DNA of 64,000 bases from Gaiellaceae bacterium (GCA_050697375.1 JBOGZQ010000006.1:1390-65389), one strand, 5' to 3'. Positions 48,022 through 56,908 are shown, counted from the first letter of the stretch. Program-made: numbers and translations. Notes: generated from the letters alone by a model not told the origin.

Positions 48022-48815
48022 CGCGTCTGCCGGTGAAGAAGACGTACAAGCTCTTCGTCGGCGGGGCGTTCCCGCGCAGCGAGTCGGGCCGAACGTACGA
48101 GGCCGAAGGCCAGAACGTCGCCCGCGCGTCGCGGAAGGACATCCGCGACGCAGTGCGCGCGGCGCGCGCGGCGCAGCCGGGGTGGGCCGCGGCGACGGCG
48201 TACAACCGCGGACAGGTGCTCTACCGCCTCGCGGAGATGGTGGAGGCGCGCGTTCCCGAGTTCGCCGAGCTGTGCAGTGGCCGCGACGAGGTGGAGCGCG
48301 CGATCGACCGCGTCGTCTGGTACGCCGGCTGGGCGGACAAGCTTTCGCAGGTGCTCGGCGGCTCCAACCCCGTCGCCGGCCCGTACTTCAACTTCACCGT
48401 CCCCGAGCCGACCGGCGTCGTCGCCGTCCTCGCCCCCGACGAGCCGCCGCTGCTCGGCCTCGTCAGCCGGCTGCTCCCGCCGCTCGTCGGCGGGAACGCC
48501 GTCGTCGCCGTTGCATCCGAGACGCGGCCGCTCGCGGCGATCGAGCTCGCCGAGGCGATCGCGACGAGCGACGTCCCCGGCGGCGTCGTGAACCTCCTGA
48601 CGGGCTTCCGCTCCGAGCTCGCACCTGTGCTCGCGGCGCACATGGACGTGAACGCGCTCGACCTCGGCGCCGCGAACGGCGCCGCGCCCGAGCTGGAGAC
48701 GCTCGCCGCGGAGAACGTGAAGCGCGTCGTCCACGGCAACCCCGACGGCCAGAGCCCGTGGGAGATCGCCGCGTTCCTCGAGCTCAAGACCGTCTGGCAT
48801 CCGATCGGCCAGTGA
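48018..48815 (+). CDS. aldehyde-dehydrogenase-like paralog lacking the catalytic domain (265 aa)
   Basis: Tail of track ORF 47661..48815 from the ATG at 48018 (ATGA overlap). It shares LFVGG and YAGWADKL with its neighbour and has an ALDH-like tail (FLELKTVWHP). It has no ELGG motif and no catalytic-Cys motif. Confidence 0.7.
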   Translation: MTRLPVKKTYKLFVGGAFPRSESGRTYEAEGQNVARASRKDIRDAVRAARAAQPGWAAATAYNRGQVLYRLAEMVEARVPEFAELCSGRDEVERAIDRVVWYAGWADKLSQVLGGSNPVAGPYFNFTVPEPTGVVAVLAPDEPPLLGLVSRLLPPLVGGNAVVAVASETRPLAAIELAEAIATSDVPGGVVNLLTGFRSELAPVLAAHMDVNALDLGAANGAAPELETLAAENVKRVVHGNPDGQSPWEIAAFLELKTVWHPIGQ

Positions 48816-48841
48816 CCGCTCGATACGCTACGGGCGCAGGA

Positions 48842-49429
48842 ATGGCCCAGCGCCGCTTCAGTCACGCCATCGCCGAGGGCGACGGCATCTCCGTGATCGC
48901 CGCCGTCGAGGATCCCCACTCGGCTCGAGCTGCGGAGGAGCAACGCGCCGAGGCGCTCGTCGTCCGCGGCGATCCGAGCAGCGTCCGCGAGGCGAGCACG
49001 CTGCCGATCCTATGGCGCGCCGACGTCTCGCTCGAGCGCGCATCCACGTCGGCAGATGCCTATCTCCTCGTCTTCGACGCGCTCGAGGAGGATGACGGCC
49101 GGCTCGAGGAGCTCCACGCGCAGGCGGTCGAGCTCGGGCTCGATTGCGCCGTCGAAGTCCGCGACGAGGAGGAGCTCGAGCGCGCTCTCAACCGCGTCGA
49201 CCCCGAGATCTTCCTGCTCTCACCCGTCGAGCGCGAGGACGACGAGACACCACTCGACGTCGTGCTGGAGATGCTCGCGGCGGTGCCGGCGGGCAAGCTC
49301 GCGATCGCCGACCTCCAGCTGACGAACAGGGAAGAAGTGCAGGAGCTGGAGCGGGCCGGCTGCGACGCGGTGATCGTCCACGGGCCCGAGGTCTCGCCGC
49401 TCGTCGACGAGCCACCACCTCCTGTTTAG
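48842..49429 (+). CDS. hypothetical TIM-barrel-like protein (weak TrpC/IGPS resemblance)
   Basis: Tail of track ORF 48182..49429 from the ATG at 48842. Sequence: FSHAIAEGDGISVIAAV...ADAYLLVFDAL...LGLDCAVEVRDEEELERAL...AGCDAVIV. The assignment is tentative. Confidence 0.35.
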   Translation: MAQRRFSHAIAEGDGISVIAAVEDPHSARAAEEQRAEALVVRGDPSSVREASTLPILWRADVSLERASTSADAYLLVFDALEEDDGRLEELHAQAVELGLDCAVEVRDEEELERALNRVDPEIFLLSPVEREDDETPLDVVLEMLAAVPAGKLAIADLQLTNREEVQELERAGCDAVIVHGPEVSPLVDEPPPPV

Positions 49430-49448
49430 GGCGCTACCCTGTCCCTTC

Positions 49449-50033
49449 ATGAGGGTGACCGCGCTCGCGGGTCTCGTCGCGCTGACACTCGGCGTTCTCG
49501 CCCAGGGCGCGGCCGGCGCGCCGAAGGCAGCCTGCCCGTCGGCGTGGGCGCACGGCTGGCAGAAGCTCGCGAACAAGGTCGACGCGCCCGTCTACTGCCC
49601 GACGTGGATGCCGAACCCGCTCGATGCGCAGATCGGCGGACAGTACGAGGACATCTACTCCATCGGCAAGGACCGCAGCTACCTCGTGAGCTTCCTCGAG
49701 CACGGCGACCTCGGCAGCGGCGACGTCCATGTGAACTTCCGCGGCTACCCGGGGCGGACGACGATCCCGAAATGCCCCGGGCCGGTCGGCAAGACGACCA
49801 TCCCATGTTTCGCCGATCCCGCCGGCCACATGCGGGCGAACGGCATGCGCGCCACCGTCTATCAGGTGAATCAGGGCGCAGACCAGTGGCACATCCTGCT
49901 CGCGTGGCGTCGCGACGGCTCGCTCTACACCGTCAGCCAGCACGTGATCAACCCGTACGACAGCGTGACGACGGTCCGGCAGAACCTTCTGCACCTGCTG
50001 AAGAGCCTCGCCGTCGTTCAGCCGGCAGGCTGA
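49449..50033 (+). CDS. secreted hypothetical protein (Sec signal peptide, 4 Cys in the mature part)
   Basis: Track ORF of 194 aa. Signal peptide: MRVTALAGLVALTLGVLAQGAAGA. I recognise no family. Confidence 0.5.
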   Translation: MRVTALAGLVALTLGVLAQGAAGAPKAACPSAWAHGWQKLANKVDAPVYCPTWMPNPLDAQIGGQYEDIYSIGKDRSYLVSFLEHGDLGSGDVHVNFRGYPGRTTIPKCPGPVGKTTIPCFADPAGHMRANGMRATVYQVNQGADQWHILLAWRRDGSLYTVSQHVINPYDSVTTVRQNLLHLLKSLAVVQPAG

Positions 50034-51400
50034 TGCGGCTCTCTCGTCGCGCCTTCCTCGGCGGGGCGGCTGCTGCCGCCATCGGCGGAGGCGGCATCTA
50101 CGAGCTCGTCGACCGGCTCGGTTCGGCGCCGGCGCGGCCGGTGCTCGAGCCCGCCGGCATGCCGCCCGAGCAACACCTTCTCGACCTGTCCACCGTCCAG
50201 AGCGAAGGTGTGGAGGTCGTCGTCCCGCCGTTGCATCACGCCGTCGTCACCGGGAAGCTCGACGTCAGCGACATCGCGGCAGCGCAGCGGCAGCTCGAGG
50301 ACGTGCTCCGCGGCATCGACGCGACGTATCCGCTGTCGCCCGCAGGACTCGGTGTCACCGTGGCGTGGGGAAAGCCGTACTTCGAGAAATACGTGCCCGC
50401 GCAGGCGAAGGCGCACATGCCGTACGACCGCCGCGCGCAAAAGCCCGTTCTCCTTCCGAACCGCCGCTTCCCGAGCGATCCGGCGAGCACGGTTCTCGAG
50501 GCGAACGACCTCGTGGTGCTCCTGCGCAGCGACCGCATCGAGCACATCGACGCCGCGCGCGCGCAGATCTTCGCGCTTCCGTTCCTCGAGGTCACGAGCA
50601 TCCGCCGGGGTTTCGCGGGCGGTGGCTTCGACGGCGGCCAGAGCCTCCCGAAGAAGATGGCGGTCGCCGCAGGCGTCCCCGGCGCCGACCTCATCCCCGA
50701 TGGCTCCGAGCTGTTCCTCGGCTTCACGTCGACCCAGAAGGCGGGGCTCGGCCCCGGCACGATCGCGAACCACGAGACGCTGGGCTACGTCGATCTTCGC
50801 TCCGGCTACTTCCGCAACGGCACGCACATGCATCTCTCGCACATCGACGAGGACCTCGAAGCGTGGTACCTGAACTTCGACTTCGACGAGCGGGTGCTCA
50901 CCGCGTTCCGCCCGGGCATGACGAACGTCCGGCTGAACGCGCAGACGATTCCGCAGGGGCCGGCGCAGGTGTCGTCCGAAGCCGAGCTCGAGCGACAGTT
51001 CCGCCAGACCGGGCGCTTCGGCCACAGCGCGTCCATCCAGGCGACCTCACGGCTCCTCCAGGACACGATCGGCGTCGACGGCACGCACTATCCGAAGGGG
51101 ACGGCGATCCCACAGCGCGCCGACTTCAACACGCTCGACAACCCCTTTTCGTTCTCCGCCGACAGCCGTCTCAGCCGCGAGCCGAGCGCCGGGGTCCACT
51201 TCGTCGTCTTCAATCCGTCGGGCGACGACTTCGAACGGAATCGGCTGGCCATGGACGGCGTGCTCCCGGGTGGGATGAGGCTGCCGGTGCCTCCGCGGAA
51301 CCGGGCGCAGGGGATCAACTCCGTGCTGACGACGACGCACCGCCAGAACTTCCTCGTGCCGCCTCGGCGTCACCGCTCGTTCCCGCTCGCCGAGCTTTGA
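50033..51400 (+). CDS. Tat-exported DyP/EfeB-like protein (divergent)
   Basis: Tail of track ORF 49544..51400 from the ATG at 50033. The twin-arginine signal is MRLSRRAFLGGAAAAA. DyP-like blocks: SELFLGFTSTQ, GVHFVVFNPSGDDFERN, FLVPP. Confidence 0.45.
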   Translation: MRLSRRAFLGGAAAAAIGGGGIYELVDRLGSAPARPVLEPAGMPPEQHLLDLSTVQSEGVEVVVPPLHHAVVTGKLDVSDIAAAQRQLEDVLRGIDATYPLSPAGLGVTVAWGKPYFEKYVPAQAKAHMPYDRRAQKPVLLPNRRFPSDPASTVLEANDLVVLLRSDRIEHIDAARAQIFALPFLEVTSIRRGFAGGGFDGGQSLPKKMAVAAGVPGADLIPDGSELFLGFTSTQKAGLGPGTIANHETLGYVDLRSGYFRNGTHMHLSHIDEDLEAWYLNFDFDERVLTAFRPGMTNVRLNAQTIPQGPAQVSSEAELERQFRQTGRFGHSASIQATSRLLQDTIGVDGTHYPKGTAIPQRADFNTLDNPFSFSADSRLSREPSAGVHFVVFNPSGDDFERNRLAMDGVLPGGMRLPVPPRNRAQGINSVLTTTHRQNFLVPPRRHRSFPLAEL

Positions 51401-51867
51401 CCGACGGCGGATCGTCGATCCCCGCCGTGCGGGCGCTGCTGCGCACGCTCGCGGCCGGCCGTGACGTCGCCGAGCTCGGCACGGCGTTCGGCGAAGGCGC
51501 GTCCGCGATGGCGCAAACCGCCCGCGCCGTCGTCACCGTCGAGCACGACCCCGAACGCGCCGCGGTTGCGCGCGAGCGGCTCTCGGCATACGAGAACGTC
51601 GAGCTGCTGGAAGGCGACTGCTACGAGTGCCTGCGAGACCGTGGGCCGTTCGGCCTCGTGTTCGTCGACGCCGGCAGGCCGTTCGACTGGGAGGCGATTC
51701 TCGTGCTCGTCGCTCCCGGCGGTCTCCTCGTCAAGGACGACATGACGCCCGGCCGTCCGGTCGGAGGGGACGACGTCCGGGAGTTCCTCCTCAGCGACCC
51801 GCGTCTTGCCGCGGCGGAGATCCTCACGACGCCGCAGACGGCGGCGATCGTTGCCGTGAAGCGCTAG
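51397..51867 (+). CDS. O-methyltransferase family 3 (CCoAOMT/YrrM-like), short
   Basis: Tail of track ORF 50365..51867 from the TTG at 51397 (TTGA overlap). Sequence: VAELGTAFGEGASAMA...VVTVEHDPERA...LLEGDCYECL...FGLVFVDAGRP...LVAPGGLLVKDDM. Confidence 0.6.
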   Translation: MTDGGSSIPAVRALLRTLAAGRDVAELGTAFGEGASAMAQTARAVVTVEHDPERAAVARERLSAYENVELLEGDCYECLRDRGPFGLVFVDAGRPFDWEAILVLVAPGGLLVKDDMTPGRPVGGDDVREFLLSDPRLAAAEILTTPQTAAIVAVKR

Positions 51868-52919
51868 AAGCTCGAGGCCGCGAGCAGCGCGAGCGTCAGC
51901 GACACCGGCACGAGCGCCAGACCGAGCAGGCTGTAGCGGACGACCGACGGCTTCGCACCTTCGGCGCGCGCGACCTGGAGCCACAGCACGGCTGAGAGGG
52001 AGCCGGTCACGGCGAGGTTTGGCCCGAGGTTCAACCCGAGCAGCAGCGCGCGCGGGTGGTCGGACGCGTGCGCAGACAGAACGGACGCCGCAGGCAGGTT
52101 GTCGACGAGCACCGCCGCACCCGCACCGATCCACGCGGTCGACCAGCGACCGGTGTGCGCAGCGATGCTTCCGAGCCCCGACACCGCTCGTGCAATGGTC
52201 CCGAGTCCGACGGCGACCGTGAGGACGCCACCGAGCAGCAGCGGATTCGCCGCGCGGACAGCAGCTCGCAACGACAATCGCCCGGCGAGAGCGGTGGCGA
52301 CTCCCAGGCCGAGCACCGGCAGAGCCGGGCGCCCGAGCACGAGCACGAGCACGGTGGCGGCCCCCACGGCGACCGTTCCTGCACGCGATCGAAACGGGGG
52401 ACGCTCGATTACCGGCGGGACGCGGGGGTGGAGCTGCCGGTGAAAGACGACCACGAGGAACACGATCGTGACGGCGACCGAGGCGACCCACGCGGGCCAG
52501 AGATGGTCGGCGAATGTCGATCCCGAGACGTGGTCGTGCGCGAGGACGATGAGGTTCGTGAGGTTCGAGCCGGGGAGGAGAAGGGACGCCGCGTTCGTCA
52601 TGAAGACCGCGCCGTAGAGGAACGGAGCCTCTTCGAGGCCGCGATGCCGCGCGGCGTGGAGCAGCACCGGTGTGAGGAAGACGACGGCCGTGTCGAGATT
52701 GAGCACGGCGGTGACGACCGCGGTGAGGAGCATGAGAGACGCAAGCAGCGCCGTCCCACCGCCGGGCGTGCGCGCGGCGAGCGCACCGGCTTCGGCGAAC
52801 AGCCCTTCGCGCGCGGCGGTCGCGCCGACCAGGAGGAGGCCGGCGACGAGTGCGAAGGCCGGCCAAACCTGGCTGAATGCTGCGTAGACGTCGGTCAGCG
52901 AAAGGTTCACGATGCGCAA
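51864..52919 (-). CDS. ArsB/NhaD-superfamily permease
   Basis: Track ORF of 351 aa. It is polytopic, with LNLDTAVVFLTPV and LLLPGSNLTNLIV motifs. Confidence 0.65.
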   Translation of the reverse strand: MRIVNLSLTDVYAAFSQVWPAFALVAGLLLVGATAAREGLFAEAGALAARTPGGGTALLASLMLLTAVVTAVLNLDTAVVFLTPVLLHAARHRGLEEAPFLYGAVFMTNAASLLLPGSNLTNLIVLAHDHVSGSTFADHLWPAWVASVAVTIVFLVVVFHRQLHPRVPPVIERPPFRSRAGTVAVGAATVLVLVLGRPALPVLGLGVATALAGRLSLRAAVRAANPLLLGGVLTVAVGLGTIARAVSGLGSIAAHTGRWSTAWIGAGAAVLVDNLPAASVLSAHASDHPRALLLGLNLGPNLAVTGSLSAVLWLQVARAEGAKPSVVRYSLLGLALVPVSLTLALLAASSF

Positions 52920-52930
52920 TGCTTCTTTAC

Positions 52931-52946
52931 AGTTAATATAACTTAA
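52931..52946. promoter_or_regulatory. inverted repeat GTTAA-N6-TTAAC in the AT-rich divergent spacer; candidate MarR operator
   Basis: Read directly from the sequence. It lies in the 29-nt spacer between the permease (-) and the MarR gene (+). Confidence 0.25.
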
Positions 52947-52948
52947 CG

Positions 52949-53461
52949 ATGCCTCGTCCGCGTCGTGTCCCTGGAGGAGAGCCCCGTGAGCGCGCAGCCG
53001 ACGCGCTTGCGCTCGTGGCGCCGCTCGTCGCCCGCTGGATCGAGCGGCTTCTCGCCGCCCACGACCCGCCTCTGACCGTTGCCCAGTTCCTCGCTCTCGA
53101 GGCGGCGGCGAGTGGGGACGTTGCAGGCGCCGATCTCGCGCGCCGGGCGGCGGTTTCCCCGGCCGCGGTATCGCAGCTGCTATCCGGCTTAGAGGAGGTC
53201 GGCCTGCTCCAGCGGCTTCGGTCGGAGGCGGATCACCGGCGCCAGCCGCTCACGCTCACGTCGAGCGGCGTCGAGACGCTGCGTTCGGCGCGCCACGAAC
53301 TTCGGCTCGGCCTCGGCGGGGCGCTCGCCGAGATACCGTCGCACGAGTCGGACGCGCTCGCCGACGCGCTCGAGCGGGTCGGCGCGATCCTCGGCGGCTT
53401 ACCGCCGCCGCGACGGCCGCCGAGGCCGCCCGGGCCCAAGCACCGCCGTCCACCGCACTAG
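52949..53461 (+). CDS. MarR family transcriptional regulator
   Basis: Track ORF of 170 aa. The wHTH is LTVAQFLALEAAASGDVAGADLARRAAVSPAAVSQLLSGLEEVGLLQR. Confidence 0.8.
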   Translation: MPRPRRVPGGEPRERAADALALVAPLVARWIERLLAAHDPPLTVAQFLALEAAASGDVAGADLARRAAVSPAAVSQLLSGLEEVGLLQRLRSEADHRRQPLTLTSSGVETLRSARHELRLGLGGALAEIPSHESDALADALERVGAILGGLPPPRRPPRPPGPKHRRPPH

Positions 53462-54232
53462 ACGAAATGCTCGAGCACGAGCGCGACTCCGTCCAGCTCG
53501 TTCGAGGCGGTCACCTCGTCGGCAATCGCGACGACGTCGGGATGCGCGTTCGCAACCGCGACCGCCCATCCCGACCAGGCGAGCATCGGGACGTCGTTGA
53601 GGTGGTCGCCGAACGCGATGACGTCCGCAGGGCCGATGCCGAGCTCGCGGCACAGCGCCGCCAGCGCCGCGGCCTTGTTCACGCCGGCAGGCGACACCTC
53701 CACCACCCACGAACCGGACACGGACACCGTCGCTCGATCGCCCGCGACCTCCTGCGCCAGGGTTGCGAGTGACCCGACCGCGTGGCCGCTGTGGCAGAGG
53801 ACGAGCTTCGTTGCCGGCTCGCTGAGCAGGTCGACGGCGTCGGCGACGCGCGTGCCCGGTGGCGGCGTCCCAGGCCGCGAATCCAGGCTCGTGGGAGAAG
53901 ACTTCGCGCTCGACGCCGAACAGGATTCCGGGAACGTGCTCGCGGAACGCATGCACGAGCTCCAGCGCGATCCCGGTTTCGAACGTTCGCATCGAGCGGA
54001 TCGATCCGGCCGGAAGGTCGATGACGATCGCCCCGTTGCTGCAAACGGCCGCCCCGGCCAGCTCGGTGGCGCCGACGACTTCCATCACGCCGCGCGGTCC
54101 GCGCGCGCTGACGACCACGATTCGGGTGCCGGCGCGCTGCGCCGCGTGAAGCGCCGCGACGGTCCGCGCGGAGAGCGTCTTGTCGTCGCGAAGCAGCGTG
54201 CCGTCGAGGTCGATGGCGGCGAGGCGAGGCAC
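53458..54232 (-). pseudogene. Cof-type HAD phosphatase split by a frameshift near 53855-53870 (or a sequence error)
   Basis: The N-terminal part is in the frame of track ORF 53399..54589 (VPRLAAIDLDGTLL..VVVSARGP..). The C-terminal part is in the frame of track ORF 53458..53952 (..SPAGVNKAAALAALCRELGIGPADVIAFGDHLNDVPML..). Confidence 0.6.
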
Positions 54233-55263
54233 TAGCCGAAGAACGCTTGCGCCACCGCGTACCAGTCCGGGGGGACGGTCTTCAGCTCGGCCGTCGCCTC
54301 GGCGAGCGGCACGGCGACGATGTCGTCTCCGCGGAGGGCGGCCATCTGGCCGAACTCGCCCGCGAAGGCGAGCTCCGCTGCCTTCAAGCCGTACCGCGTT
54401 GCGAGCACGCGGTCGCGAGGCGTCGGAGTGCCGCCGCGCTGCACGTGCCCGAGGACGGTCACCCTGGTCTCGAATCCGGTGCGCTGCTCGATCTCGCGCC
54501 CGACCACGTCGCCGACGCCGCGGTTGCCGAGGATCACGTGGCCGAACTGATCGAGCTCGCCGCTGTCCTGCACTCCGGGGAGCTCGCACCCTTCGCTGAT
54601 GACGACGATGGAGAAGTTCTTGCCGCGCGCGTGGCGCTTGCGGATCGACTCCGCCACGTCGTCGAAGTCGACGGGCTGCTCCGGGATGAGGATCACGTCG
54701 GCGCCGCCGGCGATGCCGCTCATGACCGCGATCCAGCCCACGTGACGCCCCATGACCTCGACGACCATGACGCGGTTGTGCGACTCCGCCGTCGTGTGCA
54801 GCCGGTCGATCGCCTCGGTCGCGATCGTCACTGCGGTATCGAAGCCGAACGTGTAGTCCGTCCCCGAGAGATCGTTGTCGATCGTCTTCGGCACTCCGAC
54901 GACGGGGATGCGGTGCTCGGCGTACAGCTTCGCCGCGACGCCGAGCGTGTCCTCGCCGCCGATCGCGACGAGGGCGTCGAGCTCTCGGTCCCGGAAGCTC
55001 TGGAGCACCTTCTCGACGCCGCCGTCGAGCTTGTACGGGTTCGTCCGGCTCGTGCCGATGATCGTCCCGCCGCGCGGCAGGATCCCCGAGACCTCCTGGA
55101 CGCCGAGGTCCTCGAAGCGCCCCTCGACCATCCCCCGCCAGCCTTCGAGGACTGCGACGGAGTCCCAGCCGGCCGCGTCCGCGCTGCGGACCACCGCCCG
55201 GATCACAGCATTCAGGCCCGGGCAGTCGCCCCCGCCCGTCAGCATGCCGACCGTCTTCGCCAT
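54232..55263 (-). CDS. pfkA: 6-phosphofructokinase
   Basis: Lower part of track ORF 54232..55500 from MAKTVGMLTGGGDCPGLNAVIRAVV. Sequence: IGGEDTLGVA, PKTIDNDL, MGRHVGWIA. Confidence 0.92.
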   Translation of the reverse strand: MAKTVGMLTGGGDCPGLNAVIRAVVRSADAAGWDSVAVLEGWRGMVEGRFEDLGVQEVSGILPRGGTIIGTSRTNPYKLDGGVEKVLQSFRDRELDALVAIGGEDTLGVAAKLYAEHRIPVVGVPKTIDNDLSGTDYTFGFDTAVTIATEAIDRLHTTAESHNRVMVVEVMGRHVGWIAVMSGIAGGADVILIPEQPVDFDDVAESIRKRHARGKNFSIVVISEGCELPGVQDSGELDQFGHVILGNRGVGDVVGREIEQRTGFETRVTVLGHVQRGGTPTPRDRVLATRYGLKAAELAFAGEFGQMAALRGDDIVAVPLAEATAELKTVPPDWYAVAQAFFG

Positions 55264-55317
55264 GGCGCTAGTCATAGCCGGTCGTGCCGCCCCGCGTGCC
55301 GGTAATCGACGGTTTGA

Positions 55318-55401
55318 TGCGGCGGGTGGGACTCGAACCCACACGTCCCGAAGGACAATGGCTTTTGAGGCCATCGCGTCGACCAGTTGCGCCACCGCCG
55401 C
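55318..55401 (-). tRNA. tRNA-Leu (anticodon CAA), long variable arm, no encoded CCA
   Basis: Folded by hand. Acceptor GCGGCGG/CCGCCGC; anticodon arm ATGGC-CTCAAAA-GCCAT; variable arm GTCC-TTCG-GGAC; T arm GTGGG-TTCGAGT-CCCAC. Confidence 0.9.
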
Positions 55402-55554
55402 GGGCGAACACAGTGTAAGGCCGCGTCTCGTCCATTCCCGAAAACCTGACCGACCCTCCTTGAAACAGGGCCTGGGGCGCGAAATACTCCTCGGACGCAA
55501 GGTCGAAGGCAGGCACAGCTCTTCCCGCGGTAACGGAACACATCGGGTCGGACA

Positions 55555-56853
55555 ATGGAGGAGGGAGCGTTGAGCAAGAAGTTCTCGCTATTGGGGCTCG
55601 TCGTCGCGGCAGCAGTGGTCGCCGCCGCCGTCGCCGGGTTTACGGGCACCGCTCGAAGCGCGACGGCAGGCGCATCACCGCTGCCGTCCTCGTCGTGCGG
55701 TCCCGTCGTCTACAAGGGTTCCGGTTCTCCGGACTTCATCGTCGCGTCGGACCTGCCGCTGCAGGGCGCGATTCGCCACCAGACCGTGCAGATCTCGCGC
55801 GCGATGATCTGGGCGCTGGCGAATCAGGGCTGGAAGGCCGGCAGCTACAAGATCGGATACCAGTCCTGTGACGACTCCACCGCCCAGACGGGCGGTTGGG
55901 ACACGGCGAAGTGCGCGACCAATGCGCACCTCTTCGCCAACGACCGTTCGGTCATCGGTGTGCTCGGGACGTTCAACTCCGGGTGCGCGAAGATCGAGAT
56001 CCCGGTCCTCAACCGTGACCAGATGGCGATGGTGAGCCCGGCGAACACGAGCCCGGGCATCACGACCACCGGTCCGGGAGCGACGCCGGGTGAACCGAAC
56101 AAGTACTACCCGACCGGCGTGCGGAACTACGCCCGCGTCGTGGCGAACGACCAGTTCCAGGGACCGGCCGACGCGATGTTCACGAAGTCGCTGGGCATCA
56201 AGAAGGTCTATGTCCTCAACGACAAGCAGACCTACGGCTACGGCGTCGCGCTGACGTACAAGAACGCGGCGAAGAAGCTCGGTCTGACCGTGACCGGATT
56301 CGAGGGCTGGGACGCGAAGGCGTCCAGCTACGAAGCCCTCGCGACCCGGATCAAGAAGACGGGTGCACAGGCAGTGTTCCTCGGCGGCATCGTCTGTAAC
56401 AACGGCGCGAAGCTGATGCAGGACATCAAGGCGGTGGATCCGTCCATCCAGCTGCAGACTCCTGACGGCTTCAGCGATCCGAACGCCAACGGGTCCGTGG
56501 CCAACGGCGCGTACATCAGCGTCGCGGGCGAGCCCCCGGGCAAGCTGACCGGCGCAGGAGCGACGTTCGTCAAGAGCTTCGGCAAGCAGATCGGTACGAC
56601 GCCGAACCCGTATGCCGCGTATGGCGCCGAGTCGATGGAAGTCCTGCTGCAGGCGGTCGCCAAGGGCGGCGGGCAGCGTGCTTCGACGACGAAGAGCCTG
56701 TTCGGCCTCTCGGTGACGAACGGCATCCTCGGCAGCTTCACGATCAACAGCCAGGGTGACACCAGCGGCACGTCGATCACCATCTACAAGCAGAAGGGCA
56801 AGCAGCTCATTCCGGTGACGACTCTCGTCCCGCCTGCGAGCCTCGTGAAGTAA
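55555..56853 (+). CDS. branched-chain amino acid ABC transporter substrate-binding protein (LivJ/Peripla_BP_6)
   Basis: Track ORF of 432 aa with a signal/TM segment. The true start may be the TTG at 55570, behind GGAGGAGGGAG. Confidence 0.85.
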   Translation: MEEGALSKKFSLLGLVVAAAVVAAAVAGFTGTARSATAGASPLPSSSCGPVVYKGSGSPDFIVASDLPLQGAIRHQTVQISRAMIWALANQGWKAGSYKIGYQSCDDSTAQTGGWDTAKCATNAHLFANDRSVIGVLGTFNSGCAKIEIPVLNRDQMAMVSPANTSPGITTTGPGATPGEPNKYYPTGVRNYARVVANDQFQGPADAMFTKSLGIKKVYVLNDKQTYGYGVALTYKNAAKKLGLTVTGFEGWDAKASSYEALATRIKKTGAQAVFLGGIVCNNGAKLMQDIKAVDPSIQLQTPDGFSDPNANGSVANGAYISVAGEPPGKLTGAGATFVKSFGKQIGTTPNPYAAYGAESMEVLLQAVAKGGGQRASTTKSLFGLSVTNGILGSFTINSQGDTSGTSITIYKQKGKQLIPVTTLVPPASLVK

Positions 56854-56875
56854 GGCGCAGAGCGCCTGTTCGACC

Positions 56876-56908
56876 GACGCCGGGGGAGCTTTCGTCTCCC
56901 CCGGCGTC
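56876..56908 (+). terminator. intercistronic perfect 13-bp GC stem-loop GACGCCGGGGGAG-CTTTCGT-CTCCCCCGGCGTC, no U-tract
   Basis: Read directly from the sequence. It lies between the binding-protein gene and the first permease gene. Confidence 0.45.

Noticed and set aside
54232-55500. N-terminal extension of pfkA (422-aa ORF)
   Set aside because: The extension reads straight through the tRNA-Leu gene (55318-55401). The PFK homology starts at MAKTVGMLTGGGD (ATG at the complement of 55261-55263).
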